This document shows positions 26,101 to 39,362 of a stretch of DNA of 64,000 nt, one piece after another (position 1 is the stretch's first letter; the number at the start of each line of letters is the position of its first letter). The notes below the pieces were generated by a model. It did no database searches. It saw nothing but the letters and a program-made list of their open reading frames with translations, and was not told the DNA's origin. A program made the translations under genes and the position numbers. The stretch is from contig NMRA01000587.1 in assembly GCA_002633005.1 (NCBI GenBank), positions 124,001 to 188,000 on the forward strand, given 5' to 3'. This stretch comes from Phoronis australis (taxonomy: Eukaryota > Animalia > Phoronida).

Positions 26101-29100
26101 ATTTGAACCTCCCTAAGTATTACTACTCATCACTGATTATACTGAAGCCTGCTTTGACGATTTCATCAGAAAAATTTCTCACCCTCTGAGCATCTCTTGG
26201 GCGTGGCCTTTATGTGGAAATCTCCGTTCTTAACCATGTGGTATCTGCATCTCAGGATCTGTACAAGTCGGGGTTCTTCTTCATCGAAGGTACATTTTAC
26301 AATGATATGAGACACGGAGCTGAAAGTACTGACTACAGCAAGTAAGTGATTGACACTCACCTGAATATAAGGCTTGGCTATTATATTGTAATTCTAGTTT
26401 GATAGGTGCTTAGTTAAAAGGCACATGTTCCCAATAGGTTCTTAGAGATATCCTTAAGCTCAGACTTATCAACAAAAATCACCTTCTCTCTTCCCATGTG
26501 CAGTGTTTGGATAATGTAAAGATGGCTTCATGTTGTAATTATTCATAAACAATGGAATACTTTCTAGTGATCCTTTGAAGTTTTGCGTTTGACTTTCTTA
26601 GTTTTCCGCTGATGCTCGTCCCTAGATTTTGTTGCAAATTTTTCCAGTCTTGTGTAGGCCTTGGGTTTATCATAGATTTGAACTCTTCAGTACACTTTGT
26701 CACTAATTTCAAATATGAGGTAAACAAATACGAAATGATTATTCATCCATTTGCAATTCTATTGTAAAGTGCAGAGTGTGTTTTACAATGTCACGAATGA
26801 ACTCTTTTTACATGAAGTACAGTTAATGAATACCTTTGGAAAAGTGATGAAATTTGGCTTTGTGGGAGCATCATATCTCAAAATTTTCATGTTTACAAAT
26901 GAAACTCTTGATACTAATTCCAAAGCACTTTCTGGAATTGTTTGAAATGTGTTTCATTTTTGTATAAGCTGGTGTGAAATGTCGAATTTTTGTAACAACA
27001 AAACACCGTGACCCTAATTTGAAGTATTTAAACACCAAAATTTAAAAACGTTTAGTTTTGCCTTTTTATTAGAACGTGTTTGTCAGGTTTTTAATGTTTT
27101 TCAATTTTAACAATAATTTTCATACATCATCCTATTTTCAGGGTAATTATTGACTGGGCTAGAGATCCAAGGAGAGGCATTGGACCGTTCACTACTGCTC
27201 TGATGGAAGACACAAAGTTCATTGACCTTAACATTCGCCTGGGTCAGCCATATTTGTATCAACACCAAGGCAACTGTGAACATTTAATTGTTTTCAAAGA
27301 CATGAGGTTAGGCTTTGATTTTTCTCAAAAATCTCTTGACTGTTCTTTTTGTCACAAAGAAATGATAAAGTTTTGGGACCGGAGATTGGCAAATATGACA
27401 ACTGTCATTCCAAATAAGCCCAATTTTTGTATGTTATACATCAAAATGAATTGTTCCCTTACCTTGTTGATAGGATTCTCTGTTTCCGTTATGAACAAGA
27501 ACATGGAAACCGTCATCAACTCAAACACTTGTTGTTTATTGGTGTTGCCAACCCTAAAGTTTCAGCTCATTCTTGAGTTCGTTGCCAACTCCTTTGGCAA
27601 TTAAATCAGGTGAGCATAATTTAATGATTCTAATCCCCGAAGTACTGACAGCTAAACGTGGATGAAATGCAGCTCTTAAATTTTTGCATTGCTAAAAATT
27701 GTGCTTTTCTGTTGCTGTATTGCCGGATTTCACAACCATGACAAAATCCTGCATTCGTGAATATCGTACCTGTCATCACTTGCCGTATTTTTTTGATAAG
27801 GTGTCCTCCACATCTCCTGGCGAGAATGATTGAATTGAAAATGAATTGATGTTTTGTAGGCTGATGTCTGGCGAGGACACTCAGGATATGAATCAGTACC
27901 CTCTCTGTATCTTCAGGTTTCACCACCTCAGGGTGCCTTGTGTTATCTGTCAAACTCTCACTGCAAAGTAAGTATTACCTAGAACTTGTCTAGTCCAGAT
28001 TACGATTACTGTGCTGCTACAGTAGTGTAATTTGTTTTTTGTGACTTAACTGTGCCCATTTTAAACGTGTAGATTTGCTTTATTTAAAACAGCATCTTTA
28101 AGGTGAGATTTTCTTTAAAACATTGTATCATTAATAATTGTGAAAACTACCAAATGTTTACAGTCAAGAGCGTTAGTTCCTGTTTCCAAGTCCGCAAAAA
28201 CAACTTGTGATTTAGGACTGTCATCACTTGACTATATTGCTTGTCCATGATTCGTTTTTAGTCTGGAACTTGTGTTTCAAGGTAATGTGTGCCTTGTTTA
28301 TCAAGGATTATGACATTTGTTTGAGACACTTAATGCGTTCCTGATCAAAGACACTTTTGTATGGTAATATCTGTGGATGTCTAGACTTACCTTCCAGGGC
28401 AACTAATATATAGTTTTTACCTGCCGGGGCTGTTTCATCTATGTTGCACGGATTGGTTTCACCACTTGGCATGCACTATGCCCCCTGTTGTTGAATTTAG
28501 TAGGATTTTCAGTCTCATGTGGGAAGATGACATGCCTATGCTGAAATCGAACTCTAAATTATTTTTGACATTTTATATTCAACTTTAATATAAGTTTCTC
28601 TGATTATGGTTCTGTGTTCAAGTACATCTAGAGCTATAAGTTCAAACATCATCTCACAATCTTAAACTTGAGCTCAAATATAAGATTCATGAAGTGTTAA
28701 TTTGGCATAGAGACTGATCTGTGAATACCATCATACATCAAAGAGCACAATGGTGGACCCTTGTCTTGAACTGGTGCTCAGAAGAAGAGAAAATCATGTC
28801 AAAAAATTTCCAAAATCTCAACGCATTGTTAAAAATGGTCACGCTGTCATCTTGTCTTTGTTGATGACAGATGTACGATATGAACTTTACAAATACATGA
28901 AATTTAGTAAAGTTAAATCCAGTTTTTTACTTGAATTTTGTGCTAAAATGCAATTCTGCTGCTCTGACATGTGTCATTGTGTGGTACTAACTAGAAGAAA
29001 TCTTTTGTCCGCTTCATTTGCTTCAAAGGTTCCTACATGTACAACTGTACTAGGCATCTAGCCTTGTGTTTCAGTGGGTACACTAGTTCATTAGACTGTA

Positions 29101-29326
29101 CCACTTTCCTTATTTAACCACTGAGGTTGAACTATTATTGTTGATAAAGAAATGTTTTACCTGTTCCAGGTGGCAAGTTCGCAAGTGTGTGCTGGCACCT
29201 AAAGACCCTTGTCACATGTGCGACGCGTGTTTCCGCGCATTTCTCTACGACAAAGACAATTGTAAAGTGGTCGATTTTGAGGCTTACCCATTCATCGACA
29301 GAACGGCCATAATCCCGAGGAGTTAG
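17160..29326 (+). CDS. SNAPC3: snRNA-activating protein complex subunit 3 (SNAP50), 380 aa, 9 exons
   Basis: Exons 17160..17344, 18694..18780, 19439..19538, 20321..20425, 21730..21879, 26256..26341, 27142..27306, 27860..27967, 29170..29326 (1143 nt, phase-consistent). Motifs VLGGQSLTELRDRISC, YKSGFFFIEGTFYNDMR, LGQPYLYQHQGNCEH, CVIC...PKDPCHMCDACF. Confidence 0.95.
17731..17773. repeat. (TG)n/(TGCGTG)n microsatellite
   Basis: tgtgtgtgtgtgcgtgtgcgtgtgcgtgtgtgtgcgtgtgtgc read directly. Confidence 0.9.
20691..21010. repeat. 32-bp minisatellite, 10 copies, in SNAPC3 intron 4
   Basis: Unit TAGATTTGAGGCTCTACAGGTCAATAGCCACG, head-to-tail over 320 bp with no spacers. Confidence 0.95.
24064..24211. 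mobile_element. hAT-like MITE nested in the larger element, 5-bp TSD
   Basis: Ends CAGTGGCGGAT / ATCCGCCCCTG. ACTTT on both flanks (24059-63, 24212-16). Confidence 0.8.
24702..25000. repeat. ~26-29-bp minisatellite, about 10 degenerate copies
   Basis: Unit approximately CATTATGCGGACAAAATTATGTTGATGAT. Confidence 0.9.
25001..25180. mobile_element. MITE copy 2 of 3, with internal 12-mer amplification
   Basis: Same element as 16360-16504. ACGCTAGGACCT occurs four times in tandem in the left arm. Confidence 0.85.
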
Positions 29327-32300
29327 CACACAATGAGCTTATGACAACGATTTGCCCCTGAAGGAAGCAGTCGGCATTCAGAGCAGCGTGTCCTTTCCAG
29401 TTTTTATTATAAGATTTTGTAGGACCTTAGAAGTATGTCCAGATATGGCCAACTTTGGAACATCATATCTCAGGAGGGGTGATCGGACTCATATACTTTC
29501 AAATACTGTGCTTTTATTGCCTTCTCCAGGTGCAGGTGCTAGAAAAATGGACTTCATAATGTGATGAAAAAAGTCGACTTAAAGTTGCAAATGATAATTT
29601 TGAAAATACTAAAAGCATTTGCGAGATTTCATCTTCAAGATTCATAATGCATGTAATAAAAATTTATTCATGTTTTGACAACGGGGTTTTGCTATTGAGG
29701 TACTTTCACTTTTTGCTAAGTATTACAAAAAGGACATGGTCACATGTCCCAATATAGTCATTTATGGCAGATTGATGAAATGAAGCCAAAAATTGAATCT
29801 ACAGCCGTTCTACTTTCAGAAAAAACTATAGTTTTGTAGATATTTGGGTATTGATACACATACTTATCACCAAGGTCGTACATAACATTAAAGCTGAATG
29901 CAAACAATGGACTCTGTCTGTCAACAATAACTTGATTGAGTCCACTTGCTAAAGTTTATAAAGTTGGTCTTAGATTGGTCCTTGCTCGGGTTGTACAAGA
30001 TTTCCAAGCTTGTTAAGAATTGTCACTTCGTTAGTACACAAGAAAAAGTTGGCTTGTCATGGGAAGTCATTTAGTGAGCCTACCGTGGTGTGGAGCAACA
30101 GCATATCGACAGTTCTTTCCAAGACTGGAAATCAGTTGAATTCTGAATGCAGAACATGTTAAAACAAGTTCTATTGAGGAGAATGTTCTAAATGAAAAAT
30201 TAAGGTTTGTTTGATAGATGATCAGGCTTAGAATGTGTAAAGTCCATCGCAGTGCCATCTATTGTTATTTTGGGTTCGTATTGTTTTTTATGTGATGTAG
30301 AATTTCTTACCTAATGACGATAATGGAATGAGCCGAATGGATTTCTTTGATAGCTTCACTGGAAAGATTTGTCCCCGCGAATGCGATTTGTTCCCGTTTG
30401 AAGTTTTCCTTGATATGACCTTGACCTATTAACTCTTTAAAAGTGAAATTAAGAAATATGTTTATCCAGGCTGTCAAACTTGGCACTTGTTGCGTATATG
30501 CAACTGAAAGGAAGTGGTGAAGATTTTGAGGAGCAGCCTTTTGGTTTTCTGTTACGTTTCTGTCTCATAACTTAGTTGTAATGTACCAGAGCGGTCAGAA
30601 AGTGGTGTTGAGTGTATACTTGTATGGGCTCTTGTTGTAGCACTTGGTATATAGACACTGTTTAGACTTTTAGTCTGGCCTGTCGTACATGGATTGTTCA
30701 TAATTGGTTTAGACAGTGGCGCAAACAAAAATAGGTCATACAGTACCAAAGGGCGCGTATTGTTTCCCAGGGTTGGGAAAAAGCCTAATTACACCTCTGG
30801 CTGGTATTTGGATGAACTTTTCCACGGTGATATTTTTTACATCGTGTGGTTTTCGTTATAATTGTTTGTCACTACAATAGTAAGATTATTTGTGGCTAAA
30901 TTGAGCTACTCCACTGAGGTTGAAGTTTTCATCTGGGTCTTGACTTAATTTGTGTTAGGCTGATTGAGATTTGAAGTCCAGTCTGAGAGATTTAATCAGC
31001 ATATTTTCTAATTTCATGATTAAACATTAGTGGAGGAGAGGGGCTTCTGAGCTTTTGAATCTGAGATGACATAGACATCCAGAGTGGAGGTGAAATGTCT
31101 TCATGATAATGAACTGTGAGTGATCAACGTGCCTGATACTATTGTTAGTGTTGAACAAGTTTATTTTCGAAATAAAGTGTTTTCATACAATGGTGAATCT
31201 TGTGTTAGCTATGTTTTGGTAAAATCAGTGACAATTTTACGGAAATGTGCATGTGCCTGGATGCAATGTATTGCGATCAGGTTTCAAAATGCATTCTTTG
31301 GGGTTCTTATTTCTTTTCTGTGGGACACTTCTGGTAATGCCCTGGTCTCCGATATGGTCCAGTCTTTGCGCTTATTAAGGCTCCTGTGCCTACACCTGTA
31401 GTGAAATAATACGCGGGTGTATGGATGCGCCTAACTTAATGAATTGTTCCGTCCGCAATGTTGGTAGTTTTCAGGACAAGGTACGCCCAACGTGTTTTCC
31501 GTTGACCGGACACGCTAAGCATCGGAAAGCTATGAGCGAGTAAGCTGTGCTCAGCATACATGTATCTGGGGTTAGTAATCATTTTCTCTTGAAAGGGACA
31601 CTTATGTTAGCCACAGCCCTCAGCATTGCTTGTACTTCAACTGATTTCTAAAAGTTATCGAATTTAAGACTGCATGTGGCCGCACTGAAGATGGTCAAAA
31701 TTAAAAAAGAAGCACATATGCGGGTGTGCATTACATGGCCTTTTTTCGTGAATTCAAAAAATGTCGAGTAATGTCCAGTTCCTTGGGTAAAAAGTTTTGC
31801 CCCTTCTATAAAACAACTACCAGGATGTTATGTTGTTTCATGGCGGATCTGCCAACAGGATACACGGTATCCAGAACTTGAAGTGTGTGTTAGCGTACGA
31901 AAACACGTATAAAGATGTCGCTCTTGAACTTTATAAAATCATTGAACACGATTTGCTTATCAATTGTCCAACTTGTGAACATATGGCAATGAACACGGTA
32001 GTCTTCCATCACAAATCACTGGTCAATTTCCTTTAGAGGCTTGCCATTATGACATATAGACCTAAACAATTCTTTCGGGGCTTTGAAAGATCTGGCGCTT
32101 CAGTTACTGCTAGTAACCAGTGTAGATGTTTTCTTTCATGTCCTGTCGTTTCATGTGCCGAGCATTGCGGTCTCGAGGAATGGAACGAACTGCCAGCTCT
32201 TTGCAAGCCTAAAAATCGCTTTTCGTATCGGAAGGGAACAAAACCATACCAGTTTTATAGCGCTAAATTATCTAAGTCAGAAGTTGTCTTCTTGAGCCGC

Positions 32301-33003
32301 AGGTGAAATTATAGCCGTTTTAACCAGCCTGGTTTGAAGCAATACTAAACGACCTCTTAGTTCTCAAGTACAGACATTATTTTCAATCTGACTACAAGAA
32401 AAACACGAATCCGATTTTATAACAGCAAGTGTCCTAAATCTTTTTTTTTAACAGATGACACGGGTTTATTGACTCTTTAACTTCAGTACTTTGCATCGGG
32501 TGCTTATAATAGTAGCCGGTACTGGGGCTATAAAAAGCTACAAGTGGGCATACTGTACCTCTATTGGCGTTTTGACCTAGTATAAGTCGAGTAATAAAAT
32601 GACTAACGATTTTGACCCACTGTTATCAGGCTTCGGTTAATTTTTAACTGATAACAGAAGAAACAAGCTAACATATTGCAGGGGTATTTTGTGCTGTCGG
32701 CAAACAACTTATAAGTTTTGGTTTTGATTTTACATTTAATTTTAAGTCGTCGGATATTTCCAGCCAGTTTCAGTTGAAAACTTTCGGTTATGGAAGAAAG
32801 TGATATCAGTATTAGTCCAGTATAAGGGACGTATAGCAATGATCACCCGGACACAAACACTATACACCATATTGGTGGACCCTTCCGTAACAGCCTAGAT
32901 AACATATCTTGTTTACTACGCACGCACTCTACATCCTCAGCAACCATACACGATCGTACGACATTCGCTTTAGAGAGAAATCGACGCCAAGACGGTTAAG
33001 ATT

Positions 33004-33936
33004 ATGACAACGAACACTGAATTTGTTTCGGAATATATAACTTCCACTGGGCCATCGAGCACGACAGGCTCCCCTTTTAATGACTCGTGGTCACTAACTC
33101 GCGTTGGTCACATGATATGGGCCGCTGCATGTCTGATAGCCCTCCTATTCATGGTCATATTCCGTGGTCGACCTTCCAATGGGTTCTGTCTGACGTACTC
33201 CTACTTCCTCGTAGCTCACGTTGCCACGTCGACAATTTCTCTTGTACGCGATGCAATCTCCGAAGATGCGATAACGACAACGAAGAACACGGTGATGGTC
33301 TTGGAGTGGTGGAACGATATTTTAACGATTCTTGCAGCTGGGGTGCTGATTCGCCTCTTCGTGTTGCTTGCTGTCAGGAGAAACGAGGGCATCCTAATCA
33401 AACTCTCTTGGGCTTTAACAGCTGTGGTGTGGGGAGCTGCCACCACACTTCAGAAGCTTGAATCCAATAAGGAATATTTTGATAAGTACCTCACCAAGGC
33501 GTTTTACTTATTTGGTTTCGCGCTGTTTTGGATCGCCGTTCTGCGAGAATGGTGCCAGGCTCTGTGCTGCACGACAAAATCTGCCGAAGATCTTGACCTG
33601 CCTAAAGGATGTCTGGCCGGATACAGCAAAAGATTGTTCACGTGTCTTGGGTCAGTCGCAGTTCTCGTGGGGCTCATAGACTACGTGTTTGCTGCCGTTG
33701 CAGAAATAACACTTCTCGAAAAAAATCTACTTGATATTGAGATTTGGGAGTATAATTTCCTTAGCCGCCTACTTGATTCGGTTATATTCACTCCTTTTAT
33801 GGTCGTGTTTTTGATTTGGGCAGACTGTTCGGCGAACATCAAGATGAAGAAAAAGTTTGACGACATTGGACCTTTTGATGGCTTGGAGTCGACAAATGGC
33901 ATTGGTGTACAAAATATTGCTTTTGACTCCACATGA
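33004..33936 (+). CDS. Uncharacterised intronless 7TM membrane protein, paralog 1 (310 aa)
   Basis: Long open ORF with seven hydrophobic segments and a Ser/Thr-rich N-terminus with an NDS sequon. Colinear with the ORF at 38186, with many synonymous third-position differences. Confidence 0.88.
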   Translation: MTTNTEFVSEYITSTGPSSTTGSPFNDSWSLTRVGHMIWAAACLIALLFMVIFRGRPSNGFCLTYSYFLVAHVATSTISLVRDAISEDAITTTKNTVMVLEWWNDILTILAAGVLIRLFVLLAVRRNEGILIKLSWALTAVVWGAATTLQKLESNKEYFDKYLTKAFYLFGFALFWIAVLREWCQALCCTTKSAEDLDLPKGCLAGYSKRLFTCLGSVAVLVGLIDYVFAAVAEITLLEKNLLDIEIWEYNFLSRLLDSVIFTPFMVVFLIWADCSANIKMKKKFDDIGPFDGLESTNGIGVQNIAFDST

Positions 33937-36900
33937 ATGGATTGAACACATTTTTTTGAAGTGCGGATCTTTGAACTGTTTTTTAAGAATTTTCATCGAT
34001 AATTGAAATGCAGTCGAAAGTGTGCTTTAAAAACATGTAAATAGACACATTTCACGGACTTATCCACGTGCCAGAATTTTGATAGTTAGACACATTTACA
34101 CCGAGTTAGTCTGGTAGTTCCGCCAGGTTTTGTCTGATATCTCCTACCGGCCTGAGGATTTAGGATACATTAGAAACAAACCAGAGCGTTTCACGAACCC
34201 AACCATTTCATAAATATGATTTTATTGGTTGAAGCATCCCGCAATTGTCCATAACAGGTGGCTGGGACGCACTTACCACAATAAGCTCGTGCCTTACATG
34301 TAATGTAGACCTAGTTAGTCTTCATACTCGCATCACGGTGCAGTTCTAGTCAAAAAGAGCTTTTTCATTTATATTAAAATTGACACGCAGTTCAGTGAAG
34401 ATCACTTTCTATTTGATTTCTTAAGAATAAAATATCGGGTATTAGTTCCATAGAAATGGATGGTTGTCGCCTCCGAATATGACAACGCTCAACGGAATGT
34501 AGTCAAAGATATCGACGAGTAGTGTATTCAACGTCTTGCCCATGGGCGGACTTAGGCCCCGCCCAAAACATAAAACAGCAAAAGCGTGAGGAAAGATTGA
34601 GTTTAGTAATTAATCCCAGTAATGAACATGGTGGGCTCAGACCCCCATTGCAGGCGTCCGAGCGAGACCAGCGTTTTCCGTTTTTATTAGTCTGCAGACA
34701 AATTCGGGCATCCCTAGAATTTCAACACTCACTTTCAGGGTTCCAGGATTTTGGGGACCAGTTTCATGCCTATTATTTACTCAAGAAAAACCGTTCTGAA
34801 AATGAGGGACCCCTATAAGCATGCACGTTCGATACAAATTTTGTCCATTTCCGTTAGTGTTATCATGTACATTAGCACATACATTGTGGTGATTACAACG
34901 TCGTACGGAAGATGACTATCGAATGAGCGTGCATGTAAGTAACTAGCCTTTTTTCTGTTATGGCTAATGAAGTATTTTTATTTCAATGATTTAAAAAGTT
35001 TTAAGTTTCAAATATTATGTAAAAAGCGTTTCTATAGATTTTTAAAAAGTTATCGTACGTGTTAAGCAGTAGGGAGCTGATTGTTAACAACGGCATGAAC
35101 TGATCGCTGAGTGAGAATCTCATTTCTGGTAACTGCGGTAAATGTAGATTATATATTTACCGCGGCTACCAGAGTAGGAGACCGCGGCTGCGAGACTACA
35201 TTCAAGTACCGTTAAAATGGCTTATATCTTCAAATCTCACGGTCTTAGTCTGATAATGAAATGCCAGACGATAAAAATTTGTTTACGTATAGTAGAGTAT
35301 TTTTCGAAGTGCTTCCGGGATCTGTAAATAGGCATACTTATCAAATTGCTGGGTATTTAATCAGTGATATGTTAACGTAGTACATGTATATAGTTAAAGA
35401 ATTATTTATGTGTTAATGTTTATATTGAACGTACGGTGCCACGCTGACAAAGCTTCACTTAGAACTGCGTTATTATAATAAAGACAGTTTGCGTTAAAAA
35501 TCAATTTGTACAGATTGTAACAAAAATAAAATCGGAAGAGTATCTTTAACAGGACTTTATGCATCTGCGTGTTCAGCAAACGTATAGAGTTTGACTCAGT
35601 GAAAGTACACACTTTCGGAAAGTAGCTTGCGTGCAATGTATTGGCTGTGTAGTGTAAGGCCTTGGCGGGCAAGCTCATTTGATGCAGTAGTCCTCACATT
35701 CCGTGTGAAATTATCGTGTACATGTACATTACTTCACATAAAATACATGCGTGTGCAACGCATTTACCGCCAAACTCATGCATCGCCTTTTCTGTCGAGG
35801 TATTTCTTAAAAGGCACTAGAAACCTTGGAGATAGGTATGCATGAAAGAATAATTTCCCTTGTTTTATTGTAGCTGGTCACCGCTGGCTTCACTCTATTC
35901 TGTATTCATCAATAATGACGGTAACAATTAGGGATTTCTCCGTGACTGACAGTTCGTTGTTGAATAAGACCCTGGTCGGCGAATAAAGGGACCCGCCGTG
36001 ACAAGCCAATCTATAGAGCTTGTTTAATGAACCATCACTTTTTCTAAACCCAGAAAGTATCTCTGGATAAGGATCAATTTGAGGCCAGTTTATAACGCTA
36101 ATTGGGCAAACCCAACACTAGTGACGAAAGGCGGCCGGGGTTGCTAACCGCCTTAAAAGATATTAACGATGAACAGATCACCAAACAAAATTACTGTATG
36201 CTCGGAAATTGGAAAATTCTTCAACCCTCAAATGTCGGAAACAAGTTCGAAAAACCCTTGGATATACGCTTTATGACAGGTGCTGAAGTGATTCATGGCC
36301 GAGCGCAAGTGTGGATATGAGAGAGCAGTTAAGACGAAGATCAATCGCAGAAAATGAGGGCTTGCAAATGCTTCTTGGAATGAGACGGCTTGCGAGTGGT
36401 TCACCTATCACTCAGGTGCAAATATTAATACTCTGGCCAAGGTTTCTATAGCCGAGACAAACGTAAAATGTTGCCTTCGTACGACGAGAAGCTGTAGCAA
36501 TTCCGTCTGGAGTGGCACGTGCGACAAAGGTCAGATGTGATTAGCGCTGACGTGTGAGCGCTGCTTTAGTTCAGAAGTAGCATAAGTGGTTTTGATTTTT
36601 TTGGAATTGTTTTTATGATGCAGTATTTTTTAGTTCAAACAATCACCTGATGTATGGTGAGCTGAAGTGGCACGAAATCTATTTTTCCAAGCTTCAGCAA
36701 TCCAATGACGCGATCTGGGAAGAGGGACGGGCAGACGGCAGTAAACCTGGACTATGTTTTCATGAAAAAACCCATCGTTGACACCTTAACCGGTCGAGAT
36801 TGGGCAATTCGACCGGTTTGCCTACCTCAAAATCTGCCGGCTTGAATCAAATACACCATGCTATTGTGGTTAATTAATTCGCCTCAGGCTGCTGATGTTG

Positions 36901-38185
36901 TCGTTCACTAGATAATGAGACTCATCATAAACACATTGGAGGCAACTATAGTATTCTTAAATTTTCGTTTTGAAAGTTTGCAACTACACATAGCATATTT
37001 AAGTAGTTCGTGAAAAGCACACCGTATTCGGTTTTTGAATTTTGAAAATGAACAAAAAATGTCAGTGACTTGTACGACCTTAAACGTTTGTTTAATATTT
37101 GCAATGATATGTTTCTCATTAATTCTGCTGAGAGTACAACATAACTGGGCCAATTACCAAACCATGAGGCAGCAGTTGGGTTTTGAGGTAAGCCAAGTGT
37201 CACCGTGCAATTCTTAGCTTGTTGATAAAGAAACTACAAACTGGAGTATGAACTCGCAAACACTCCTCCAGCTAAACATTTGTTATGACTAATGTGTTTT
37301 ATTAAAGCCACGTTCTCTCACCGTAGGACAAAAATCCTTACTTTTCATCAATTTGTCAGAGATTTCCTACCAAACACATTCTGTTTATTCTGTTTAATAT
37401 CTTAATTTCCTGGGAACCACGTGCAAACATTCAGGACATACACGTTTACGCGAATTAAATGGGGCCATTTTCTGTAACGGTGGAGGTAGCGCCCACTCCT
37501 TAATCAGTGGACCCCTTTGAGCCGTGGTGAAGTGGCCCTCTCGCTTTAGCTGTCACGTGATGAACACATTGCTCAAGAAGCCGCGACATTCGTGACGTCG
37601 CCCATTAGCCATGTGTAATCTCTTCAAATAGTAAAGTTTGGGCGTGTTTTGCTTGTATAAAGCAGCCCCATATTTGCTTATCAATGGGACATGCATGTAT
37701 CGTATAAACATGAGGACCACGTCCACCTGAGGGGTTTTGTAATCTAAGCGATTGCACTGAGAAGGGGGGGGGGTCTCTTACATTTCAATGTGTAGTGAAT
37801 AACATGTGCGTGGGTTTCTGTACCTGGTAGTTAAGTGTTCTGTAACATGGGGAAAGTGGTGAGACATCTGACCAAGACCGTAAAAGATTTTTATTGATGC
37901 ACCGACTATCTAACCACAAACATATTAAAAACTTGGTGTAAGGTCCATCAGCTGAGTTTTATTTGAATAACCCCCCGTTGTTATGACAAGGTATTAATAC
38001 GTTGGGCAAGAATTGTTTACGTTTGAGGCTGAGCCTCTTTACTGATGCGTTCTTTATGTACACATTCATCAGTATTCTGCGACACTCCCTTAGGTGGAAA
38101 CAGACGGCTGTAGGTGCTTAAAGGTGAAAGTCGCATTTCGTGTGTCATCCTTAATTCATCTACTGTATCACAAGACCTAGAAATC

Positions 38186-39061
38186 ATGAGCAACTTAAGT
38201 ACAAGTACGCTGGCTCCGCTTGAGTTTAGTGAGACGTGGACTTTGACTAGAGGCGGGTTCATCGGCTGGGGGGTCGCGTGTTTCATCGCTCTTGTGTGCA
38301 TGTTCATATTTCGCGCACGCCCTTCAAACGGACTATGCTTGACCTACGCACAATACTTCTCGACCCACTTTGTACTGATTACCACAGCACTCGTCATGGA
38401 CGGTCTCAACTTAGCAAAAGAAAAACCCCTCGTAGCCGGGAATCTGGCATGGTGGATCGACATTCTAATGGTTTTGGCAGGAGGTGTGTTCTACCGTCTA
38501 TTTGCTATACTCGTGTTTAGAGTGAAAGGCTGTGCTTTCAGCTCCGCGTCATGGGTGCTGACGGCAATGGTCTGGGGCGCGTTGTCCACCCTTCAATACT
38601 TCAATCATAGGGATATCGCTTACTTCACTGTCACAGCCTTCTACAGTCTCGGGTGTCTGCTATTTTTGTTAGCCGTCATCAAGGAATGGTGCAAGGCAAT
38701 GTGCTGCAAGCCCAAGTCACGAAAGCCCGCCACCGCGAAAAGCTGTTTGGCTGGAACTAACGGCAAGATTATCACTTCCCTTGGGTTGGTTGGCGTTGTC
38801 GTTGGAATCCTTGATTACGCCTTTTTGATCATGGCTGCATTCAATATCAAGATTTGGGAGTACGAATTCTTGAGTCGATTACTCGATTCGGTTATTTATA
38901 TACCGTTCGTCGTTGTGTTTATTATCTGGGCTGACTGTCCCACGAACATCAAACTTAAGAAGGACGGTGATGATCTTAAAACAGTGGATGATATTGAAGC
39001 TGATACGGGGATTAACATGAGTATGGCCAATGGGGCTTTTGATGAGAAATCTGCCTTGTAA
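38186..39061 (+). CDS. Uncharacterised intronless 7TM membrane protein, paralog 2 (291 aa from ATG 38186)
   Basis: First in-frame ATG gives MSNLSTST. Shares W.LTR.G, RPSNG.CLTY, WW.DIL, SW.LTA.VWGA..TLQ, EWC.A.CC and IWEY.FLSRLLDSVI..PF.VVF.IWADC with paralog 1. Confidence 0.88.
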   Translation: MSNLSTSTLAPLEFSETWTLTRGGFIGWGVACFIALVCMFIFRARPSNGLCLTYAQYFSTHFVLITTALVMDGLNLAKEKPLVAGNLAWWIDILMVLAGGVFYRLFAILVFRVKGCAFSSASWVLTAMVWGALSTLQYFNHRDIAYFTVTAFYSLGCLLFLLAVIKEWCKAMCCKPKSRKPATAKSCLAGTNGKIITSLGLVGVVVGILDYAFLIMAAFNIKIWEYEFLSRLLDSVIYIPFVVVFIIWADCPTNIKLKKDGDDLKTVDDIEADTGINMSMANGAFDEKSAL

Positions 39062-39285
39062 CTGGTAACAACCTTCAGAACTGACGGACAATTTCGTGCA
39101 ACATAGGTCACCACTCTACTGGAAAAGTGAAAACTTACACTAAAATTTAGGGACCGGCATCACGACTTCAAAATGTGACCTTTTAGCATTTCTGACTAAC
39201 AACTGACTAACACGCAAGTTTTTTAAGTCTGTTCGGATCGCCATCTGTTGGCCACAACTCTTGACCTAATGACTAGAAATCTGAA

Positions 39286-39362
39286 AAGGTTTCTGCCCCC
39301 AACCGAGACTCGAACCGTCCTTCTGGTAAGCGTGCAGACGCTCTAGCCACTGAGCCATCAGT
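39286..39362 (-). mobile_element. tRNA-derived SINE head
   Basis: Minus strand has an A box TGGCTCAGTGG and a B box GGTTCGAGTC but no proper acceptor or anticodon stems. Confidence 0.6.

Noticed and set aside
38114-38185. GTG-initiated N-terminal extension of paralog 2 in the ORF track
   Set aside because: Eukaryotic gene; ATG 38186 gives an N-terminus comparable to paralog 1.
33004-39061. Microbial rhodopsin identity for the 7TM pair (WW.D in TM3, LLD in TM7)
   Set aside because: No retinal-binding Lys in TM7 and no RY.DW motif; the resemblance is superficial without a structure search.
39286-39362. Functional tRNA gene
   Set aside because: A and B boxes are present but a cloverleaf cannot be formed; treated as a SINE head.
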